Assembly (NCBI GenBank): GCA_002633005.1
Contig: NMRA01000001.1
Coordinates: forward strand, 1,814,952 to 1,878,951
Origin: Phoronis australis
Lineage: Eukaryota; Animalia; Phoronida
DNA length: 64,000 nt
Direction of reading: 5' to 3'
Shown: positions 50,901 through 64,000 of the stretch, piece after piece
How the letters are laid out: the number at the start of each line of letters is the position of its first letter
Position numbering within the stretch: position 1 is the first letter of the stretch
Made by a program: the position numbers and the translations under genes
The notes under the pieces: model-generated
Seen by the model: only the letters and a program-made list of their open reading frames with translations
Databases searched by the model: none
What the model was told of the DNA's origin: nothing

Positions 50901-53900
50901 AAGTGTTGGTTCTTCTTTTCAAAGATGTGCTTTCTCAATATGAAATATTCGGCTTGCATTGCCGATGCTCAAAAACCGTTCTCGGCAAGAGACGGAATCT
51001 TTTCAAAACTGCGCTATCTCACTTGAAATATCGGCCGGGCTGCGTTGTGAAGAGTCTTCCTGGTGACAAATATGGGCTTTTCAATGAGTGGGTCTGGTTT
51101 GCGTTGTTGACGCACATGAAACGTTACAGACAACCGATTCTCTTTTGTAAAAATGCGTTTTCTCAATAAAAAATGTCGAGTTTGCGCTGTCAACGCATGG
51201 TTTCCCAATAAAAAGCTGGACTTGCGTATTCGGCGCACAAAGAGGGTTCCCGACCATCAAAACATGCGCTTTCTCAATTTTAACGAATTTTGCATTAAAC
51301 GTAACAGTAATGGATGTGGGAACGAGTTCAGTGAAGAAAGTGACGAACAATGACAAGAACATAGCATATGTTTATGTTTGTTAAACGTATCCATGCATTG
51401 TCTGCTGGTTGCAAACCGAAACGCAAGTTAACTCTGACACATTTATTTCCATATTAACTGAAAGCTCAGTTTCAACATGAAAACTTCGATTGAACAATTA
51501 CCCAAAATAGATAACAAAGACAATCATGATAATAAAACGAGTAGTTTCTCATCTACTCGTGATCCCCATTTGTCGTCCTGGTAGTCGTCTGAATTGTTGA
51601 AGAAGCGCTGTCGTTCTACATGATTGTTTAAGCCTACTGCAAACGATGGGAATGCGTCGACTAGTACAGTGCTGCGCGGCTGAAGACACGATTAACTAAC
51701 ATATTGTATATATAAGGGCGTTGTCTAGAAAGCAAATGCAATTTCAAATGCTACCAACATCAAATTCACCCAACCGTTTTTTTTTACAATTAAAACCTTT
51801 CTCATCCACAGCCTTTGAAACGCCCGATGTTAACTCAGTGATACACTGGCGCGTCTTCATGCAACTGAGGTGACCTAACACATCTGGGTTCGCTTACGTT
51901 TTTAACCACAGTGAAAACTCTGACTTGTGAAATCTTTTTGTGGATGAAATGAAACTGATAATCGTTAACATTTTCTGGTAATCTGCGTGGAAGATAACAG
52001 GGCCGTTTCTTCTGGTCGTCACCAGTTTAGCGCCGTCCACGGTCGTCACCAATTTCGCGCAGCTCAGTCTCCGTCAGTCACTACTAATTTACGCCGCCCC
52101 CCCCCCCTCGGCCTCCTGTTGCACACCAATGTCGATTTTGCGCCACTAATTCTAAGGGAGTCTACTAGGTGCAACCCCCTGCCAAGACCGTTGTTGCGCA
52201 CGTTGATACAATAGGATACTGGGCAGATCACGACTGTTAGAAGAATCGACTAGTGACGACCTGAAAAGAAAAACGAAAGCACTCAATTTGGGACAGGTGA
52301 ACTCATGAAGGACGTAAACCAGGCAATTCAAGTACCATTCTACTATTTATATACTTAATTTTCTTTCTTAATGTATATTTAACCAATTACAATTCATCTA
52401 TGTCGACCGTTTTCATTTCATTTCGTCATATATTTGCTACAGTTACGGAAAATAGTTCTTCCCACAGGTCTCTGCTGATGGACATTACACACTTCTGCTA
52501 ACATTTAAAGTATGAACAGTCGCGAGTTTACTGAAGTCTCATTATAAGTACAGAAATGTTGTTGAAGAATAACAGTGACTATCTGAAGACAGGAATACAT
52601 AACAAAATAAAATATGGAAACACCAAACAAAAATCAAAACAACACTTACCTGTTGCAATAACGCCTTAAATGCGAACGTACTGACCGACTTGCATGAACG
52701 GAATGTTAGTTGAACATGTTAGTAGAACAAAACTGTCTCAATGAAATTTTCATGGTTGACAGGTTTAAGAAGATCCACCGTAGATTTCCGTATATAAGTC
52801 CAGGAGAATATATGGCCAATTTGCGTATCTTAAATTTTTCCCTAAAATATACCTGGGATGCATATCTGAGAATAAAAATGCATGCTTGAAATCTAAAAAT
52901 AATGCTATTCCCACTAGGATATAATTAGGGTGAGCTACAGTATTTATACTGTGTTCGTGTATTCGGCATTGCTGAGTATAGGCCCTGGTGTATTTTTACA
53001 TAAGACGTTTGGTTTCCCCAACTTATATACGGAAATCGCTGGTAATACTTCCCAAAATTATTTACCCTTGCTGCAAGTAAGGCATCACCTCGGGTAAAAA
53101 TAGAACAATAATAATTAGCAATGTAACAGTCAACACAATTAAACACACTTACAGCTGAAATGCCTCTAAAACTATATTAAGTAATACAAAAAACATGGTC
53201 TGTAGTTTAAGATCACGTTTCTTTTTTGTCTCAAAACTATCAACTGAAGGCGGTAACATGGACAAGAAGGCAAGGTCCTGTGGAAAGTAGATATCGAACT
53301 CCGGGTCGGAAACACTTATCAGGTTCCAAGCCCGTTGCATCGGACTCCAGGTCCTGTATTCTTGTTAGCCTACCCCTAGGACCACAAGAAGCAACGACTA
53401 CCAAATCTGATTCAACTGACTTGTCATTTTTCGAAATGATTGGTGGAGGATTTTCTTAGCCGCCGCAGACAGAGAGTGCCACAGGGTCCCGGTGTCCTTG
53501 TCGGGATTCATCTTAATCTCGGGACACCATGGAGTTCAGGGTGTTGTACCTCAGACGGTACAGGGTGTGAATTAACAAGACCACAAGTACACAGACCAGT
53601 GGATGAGCAAGCAAAATTGGGTCGCCGCAAGTTAAATCTTTTTTAGGTTTACATCTGGGGTAAAGCTCGTAACGCTAGAACTTCGCTAAAAAGCAAGAAT
53701 TCATGAAATTACCTGATGTATTGTGTTTTTGAATTGAAAGCGTGATTTTGGCTAGATTTTTGTATTTCCCAAGACAGCTACTGAACTCTACCCTAGTCTG
53801 CGACCAGGGGCGCAAGGGTGAGAATCTCACGAACACGCTAGACTGAAGACGTCGAGACGTTTGGTGAGGCATTGCAAACGAAGCACACGATCACACTATC

Positions 53901-56900
53901 TTCTTTAGCGAGATTCTTGCATCTGCGATGCTTATCAGAGAGCAACAGACAATTTGTAAGGGTAATGAAACGTGGTTACGTGGATGTACATTAGTTTTTG
54001 ATATGTGTTATAGCACACCGGCGCTTACACAACATAGGACAGGGATGCAATGTCTCTGTAACAATTGCGTGTGCGCCGCGCCCCTTTCTGAGTGCTGGGC
54101 CTTGCACTATGTTTGATTTTTAACCAGCTTTACTTTGGCTCCGTCTCATTCGGCTGCTGCTGTTCACTATCTACACTACTTTGAACGCGCGATATCCTAC
54201 GGACAGACTTAGCTGTGGCCTATTGTGAATGGGGGCCTAAACAAAAAATATTTCTCATCACGTCAAGAATAAAATCGGGACACGTCGCCGGAGATTTTAG
54301 CCACTAACAAGGGCATTTGCAAAGGCCAGGACGTTTTAAAAATAAAAACGTTTCGTAAACACGCAAGTTGATGTCAGGCGTGCAAGTTCAATGTCACAGT
54401 CCGAAGTCGAACAACACGGTCTAATTAAACCAGAGCACATGTTACGCTACAACGAAAAACTGCAGCCTTCGGTGTATTTCCCATTTGTATTTTCATCAGA
54501 AATTTTCGTCATGCGGGACTCGGTGACTCTTTCCATAGCTAAAGCGCCAAACACAAGCTAAACGCAAGACAATCGAGTAACGGTCATGACATCGTCAAGA
54601 CAAGGTAAAAATTACAAAGCCCGTTACACCAATTCTCAGATTCAAGCCTTATAGAGTAGTAATCATCCGTTGAACGCTTTAGTGACACGGGAGTTGCGTC
54701 GATCCCAAATTAGCGTTTCTAAAATTTTCCTTGTCCGAAAGTCGCGGGGCAAAAATCCGACGTTTATGACATTGTCCGAAGTTCGAAGATCATTAAAAAA
54801 CAGTTTTTGGACCTTGTACGAATTTCGTGGACTATGAAAAACTCATTTTGGAAATATTTAATCTTGGTCGAAAATGGCGGGCCGTCCGAAAATCACGCGA
54901 CTTTACCGTACTTTTTTTTAAAAAGTAACAATTTTTAACTGACGCAATTCCTGACTTTAATAGGTTGAGTGTTATAAATAAACAACTGCTGCTATTGAGC
55001 CAACAGGCACCTCTGGCAATTTTTGGCCTGTCTTTTAATTTTTTGCCAAGTCAAGCACTACATCTCACATGACCCTCAAACACATGAACTGCCTTCTGCT
55101 TACCAGACCTAATAATCGGCCAGAATTTCCTGTGAGTGGGAATGTGTCTCCTCCTTTTTCAAGATTTCTAATCTGAAAATAAAATAGAGCTTTTAACTGC
55201 ATACATCTTGCTGTCAAGACTGAAAATAAGATAAAATACACTTGTCACCTGATTTCAAATAAGAGCAACTTGTGCATAAAGGCATAAAAATTGTGCAAGG
55301 TAATCTTGTTTTGAGTCATCTTCCCATGAAAACGTATATCGAGACGGATAAAGCAATCATTTTACTTGTGGTTGAGCAAGATCGAGGGCAAAAACAAAGT
55401 AGTTTGTGATTCAATAGCTACCACCTTGCACAACTTCTAAGTAGATAACAGTCATGGCTTATTGTTGGCACCCATTATTTGCCTTGTGCCACTTGGGCCA
55501 TTACAGACAAAGAGCTATGAGCTCAGCGGTCTGCATCAAATGAACGATAGCTGAGCTGACAGATCATGTCACAGAGAGAATAATTGAATGAAGAAGCAGC
55601 AAATTTATTGTTATCATATTATCATGCCTTGACGTGAGCCGTCAACTCAGCTATTATTCACTTGAAGCAGGCAGCTAGCTCCGCCTGCAGCTCTCTGTCT
55701 GCAGTAACACTAAACAAGACCGCACCACAAGCTCTCAATCTACATGAGCAACTGTAAACGTTCACAGATATACTGAACTCTGTTGAAAAAGACATTGTTC
55801 ACCTTTTCCAGGTGTGTACTGTCCTTCTCCAGTCCATCAACTTGAAAAAGTTTCTTGGCCACGCCCACTGTGGGGATATCACACAAAACTCCCAGGTGGC
55901 TCGCCAGGCCAAACTCTGAATAAAAGAGCCATTAAAAGGTTCTTTACCATTTACACAGGAGCTGTATAGCATCTTAACATGCAACATCTCTATAATACGT
56001 ACACGAATTCACATTCATACTTCAAACTTTATGCGTTGCATAACTTACACTTAAATGGCTGCTGTGTTAACAACAGCAGTGTTTGTTATTTGAAAATAAC
56101 GATGTGACATGCAATCTTGTGATTTTATTGAAGCAAATCACTAAGAATGCTAAATCTTCCATTAATAATTTTGCACTGATAAAGGTAATGCGATTTTTTT
56201 AAACATGCTGAGACAAGATGCTTACAAACAATCAAAACGTGCTGTTTTCGGAGAACTTTACGGTACAAGTTAAGGTAAGAATGAAGTAAAATTGTTGAAA
56301 GTGTTCATTTTGGTGTAAAGTTTGATAAAACAGAATTCTACCATACTGTGGGCTAAACAAGTGAAGATTTGCCAGTAGGTTTTGCATAGCCACATCCGAT
56401 GCTGCGACGCATAAAATGAATGTTTAACGGAAATTTTAAATTGTACTGGACTTGTCAAACATTTCAAAACTGTAACCTAATACTTGTCAAATTAATAAAG
56501 GCTTGGTAAATGTGATCTGCCAGTAGTTTGAAAATTTAATAATTTATGTGATTAGCAAAATAATTAGAAATATCTCTCATTTAGGGTCAACTCCAGACGC
56601 TTTCCAAATCCAGATATCAATAAAGTCCCAATGTTTTAAGAATGGATTAGACTGTTATCTGGATTTGATTATCTAAAAGCGTTCCTGCAGTTTTTTGTCT
56701 GGCATAACGACAAACACACGCTAACTACCTATCACACTCGAAAGAGTTGTTGAAACCCGATGGAAATGCAAATGAATACGTTAAAGTAATGAGGTACCGA
56801 CTGAAAATGGTTGTTAACAACCCAAATCCAGATACACTGTTTTTGACAAATTGAATCTCATAGGAGAAAAGTAATCCTAAACTTACTCATCACGAGGAAT

Positions 56901-58440
56901 TCAATTTCAGAAATAAAACAGTCCAAACAATGACCAGTTTCAGTTGCAATTTATTTCAGCTACTGTTTTATTGTCAAGAAATCACTGCTATTATTAACAG
57001 TAATTGACCCCCCCCACATGAAGGGAACTTAGATCAGTGTTTGTGATATCAACTTTTTACAGTTGATGATGCTTGAGGTTTTTGTACAACTCTATTGACA
57101 ACCAGCCCAGTTTCTAATGTTGAATTTTGTGGGGTGCGCTCATGTAGTTAGAACATCATCATACCCCTTGGATGCAGAATGCCATTTCCATCTACAAGAA
57201 TGACTTGTGGCAGGAACTTTGGCTGAGTGGTTCTTAGTCTAGAGATGGCCGCAATTAAAAACTCCACCTCTCTGAATGCCAGAAAGCCAGGAATGTATGG
57301 CGCTGTTAGCTTTATTAAATGAATGTCTTTGTACACCACCTGTAAGTAACCGAAGAGTCACATGTAATTGAAGTTCACTGAAAAATTCTTCAATTTGTGA
57401 GAAAAATAATTATCAAAATGTATCACAAAGTATAACAATTAATCAATCAGGTTTCTTTTATGTTTACCAAAATCCAGCCTTGACTGCATGTGACTTGTAG
57501 ATTTTAAAAACATAGAACTGGTTGAGAGCAGTCTCACCTCAAGGGATTCAAAGTCCAACACAACTAAAGACGCACAAGCATTCACATTGTCTCCCTTGAC
57601 AAACGAGATGTCCACACCACCAACCAACTTCAGCCCTTCACGCTTGACCTGCCAGTCTTCTACATCTTCAGCAATTAATTTCTTTTTCAGTGCATTTTGT
57701 TCTCTAAAATTAAAGTAAGATTCAGTAAAAACGACACTACAGGACGGGTTGGAAAGGATGTGCTGCCAATTCGAGTAAGTATTTTGTCCCATCAGGTGGC
57801 CTATTTTGCATTTATGTCATCTGTGTTGTCATCCTGGATGGAAAAGCAAAATAAGTGGCTACCAGGGGGCAAGGGCAAAATTTAAGTGATACAGTTTCAG
57901 GTGGGGGTCTCAAGTGTTCCGGTAGCCCAGGCATAGCATTGGTCTAAATTTTTAATGTGTGGCAATAACAGACTGTTGTTAAGTTTATGTAGAGCCTTAT
58001 CATTAACACTACATTTAGCTAAATGCCTATAAAACTATAGAATTTAACTCATCAAAGTATATGTATTTTCTGAAATACTGCCTAGGATTTGAGTTTTGAC
58101 TACATATCAATCTGCCATAAATTGCGTTACTGGTCGGATTAGTGATCCCAGTTTCATCCACTACGTAGCGGGACTGTTAATCAGTAACTATACAGGGGAC
58201 CATTATCTATTAATTAACTAATATCCGACCAGTCACTCACTGAGTGACTCAGTGCCCTAAAATTAAGTACACTTCCAAGTCCAAGGCAAGGCTGTGCAAT
58301 CAAAATAAGATAATTTACTCCTCCCATTTTAGCTTCAAGTCATCCTCCACTTGGCGAAGTGTTTCGTCGTGCTGAATTCCACTAGATGACACAGACGATC
58401 GAAAAATCGTACTTGAAATGTATGTAAACAAAGCGAACAT
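47954..58440 (-). CDS. ENDOV: Endonuclease V (inosine-specific nuclease), 7 coding exons, ~276 aa
   Basis: Exons 58440-58319, 57703-57538, 57339-57165, 55915-55803, 55172-55104, 50383-50255, 48010-47954 join in frame. Motifs GGVDISF, wedge PYIPGFLAFRE, VDGNGILHPREFGLASHLG, GVAKK, PIYVSVGH, RIPEPVRQAD. Confidence 0.95.
48027..48129 (+). repeat. Three degenerate short tandem repeats beside the last ENDOV acceptor
   Basis: aga(t/c)(g/c)tctattg(t/c)gt(t/a)ag..caa x3. Confidence 0.7.
50582..54908. mobile_element. 4.3-kb non-autonomous TIR DNA transposon (Tc1/mariner-pogo-like, TA flanks) in ENDOV intron 5
   Basis: Perfect 25-bp TIRs CGGTAAAGTCGCGTGATTTTCGGAC (50582-50606) and its reverse complement (54884-54908), each flanked by TA; subterminal GTCCGAA repeats at both ends; CpG-rich; no transposase ORF recognised. 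Confidence 0.85.
52778..53042. mobile_element. MITE nested inside the 4.3-kb element
   Basis: Inverted ends ccgtagatttccgtatataag / cttatatacggaaatcgctgg. Confidence 0.6.
55501..55707. mobile_element. Fold-back MITE in ENDOV intron 4
   Basis: ctgcatcaaatgaacgatagctgagctgacagatcatgtca pairs imperfectly with tgacgtgagccgtcaactcagctattattcacttgaagcag. Confidence 0.65.
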
Positions 58441-58997
58441 ATTTTACACCGCAGTGTAAATCATGCATCCGGCTGTCCCTTACAACAGTAAAAATACAGT
58501 TCACTCTTTCCATACCCATTTCTATTTCGTTTACAGTATTGAAAAGAGTTTATCCCAATTTGAAAACGATGCGGTCAACGATGCACTGTTTCGGAAACTA
58601 AGATCGACAAAAAGTTGCATTTTTAATAGGTGTTCTCTTATTTTTCACAGTGACCTCGTTCTCATTTCAATATGTCAGCCTTCATGTGTTGAGTGGTCGT
58701 TTGTTTTTCTTTTAATGAAAACAGCTGTTGGGGAAGTCATTCATGATGTCTGAGACAGTAACAACTGAGACAAAAAGATTAGAAAATACATCCAAGGAGA
58801 AAAAACGTGAAAAGTATGCTCGCAAGCTGGTAAGTCGAGATCCCAACTTTAAAACACCTTTGTGAATGACTGTGACTGGACGCGGCTGCTTACTCAGTGG
58901 CGTATGGGGGTTTCCTTCTCATCTGTGTATGTAGGTCAAATTTATTTTTAGAACGTTGAAACAATTGGCAGTTTGGAATGGAGTCTAACTGTTGTTA

Positions 58998-59079
58998 CCA
59001 TATATGGAGAGTGCTTTGACCATATTTGGGTGAGTGTCCAAGTGCTTTTCTAGGAACTTTCATTCTGATGGGATATAAA
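58998..59079 (+). promoter_or_regulatory. Actin promoter: two CArG boxes and a TATA box
   Basis: CCATATATGG 58998-59007, CCATATTTGG 59020-59029, TATAAA 59074-59079; CC(A/T)6GG SRF sites are typical of actin promoters. Confidence 0.85.
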
Positions 59080-59180
59080 TTTTGTTTTTCATGGGTGGAA
59101 CTGTTACTTGTGATTTGTCACAGAGAGGCTTAGGACTAGGTGCTGTCATTTTCAAGTGTCAGTCTGTTGATACCTTTTAA

Positions 59181-62900
<3,720 letters not shown>

Positions 62901-64000
62901 GTCTTGTCATTGTAACTTGATGTTTTTTCAGACATATATTGTTAAGCTTGGATACAATCAAAATCTATTTACATTCTACATTTGTGAAATATTTTTAAAG
63001 ATTCTATTTTGTTTGTATCCATTTTGATATGAAATAAAAATATTTCTTGTAATCGGTATCTTGCGAATTTTGCTTTTTGAAGACCACTAATTTATAGGAT
63101 TGCTCATCTTAACACAGATTTCAACACTATTTGCCATTTTTGTGGAGTCTTTCAAAATCACTGTTGAGTATTGAGGCAATAAACTTCATGATCAATTGCT
63201 TGCTTTCAAAGTATTATCTTGAAATTGGTCTCTACAGTTGTTAATTTTTTAAATACCCTATGTGCTTAGTAATAATTTTTTTGAAGTTCCATGCTGCTGG
63301 AATACCTTGTTAGTCATCATTCTAAAGCTACAATTTAGCTAAATGACAACCACATATCAAACTGAAGCACACACTTTCCAAAGCATTCCAAGCACATTAA
63401 CCCAAGTCCTATATCTCTCAAGTCTGCCACTTGCCAATTAGTGTTAGACTGGAATTTTAGTAGACCAATGTTGATTTAAACCACCTGTTGGTAATGCTTG
63501 GGTTGAGTAAATATATGGTTTATCCATTACCTACAAGTGGTGAATGGGCGGCACAGCACATAGTTGCCTTAGCAACACAACCTTTTGATGGTTGTGAGTC
63601 ATTTTGGTTCTGGGATTATTTGGTAAAGTGAGCTCCATCGTTGACAGTTGTAGATACAAACATATTATATATGAAAAAATTAATTTTAATCCTTAACCCA
63701 ATTTGTTTCATGTACGGGTAGATGAAAAGTACTTAAATCAGGAGATTTGGATCATTTTTTGTTAAAATAGTTGTATGGTAAAAACAGAGCTTGGAGTTTG
63801 CTTCAATTTATAGGATTTCCTCTTTTTTGGTTTAGATTTCCTCTTATTTGACTTCCATTATCCTCTTTTTTCTTCTCTTTTTTATCATTAGTTTGACTTC
63901 CAACATAAGAAATTTTTTTCAGCCCTGTCTGTAGAACAATGCATCATCTATAAACTTTTCTTCTTTGTCATTGGTTGTTTTAAGCCGTTTAGAAAAGACT

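Overview
AT-rich, intron-containing invertebrate animal DNA, probably a protostome/lophotrochozoan (inference). Five spliced protein-coding genes lie in strictly alternating orientation: (1) the 3' part of an atypical tandem-CRD galectin-like gene (+, ~310-19457; 5' end outside the window); (2) a Speedy/RINGO CDK activator (-, 31774-25802); (3) the HRD1/synoviolin ERAD E3 ligase (+, 32173-44072); (4) endonuclease V (-, 58440-47954); (5) an actin (+, 59190-62900). Exon structures were rebuilt by hand from GT-AG sites and reading-frame phase. Introns and UTRs are dense with MITEs, Helentron-associated (HINE-like) elements, a decayed LINE and a 4.3-kb TA-flanked TIR element. The most notable non-coding signals are a perfect ER-stress element (CCAAT-N9-CCACG) in the ~400-bp Speedy/HRD1 bidirectional promoter; three evenly spaced K-boxes (miR-2 seed sites) plus Pumilio and Musashi motifs in the Speedy 3'UTR; a long fold-back MITE in the probable ENDOV 3'UTR; an 18-nt symmetric microexon in the galectin-like gene; three CArG boxes at actin; and back-to-back poly(A) signals at both convergent gene junctions. 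No rRNA, tRNA or CRISPR array was seen.
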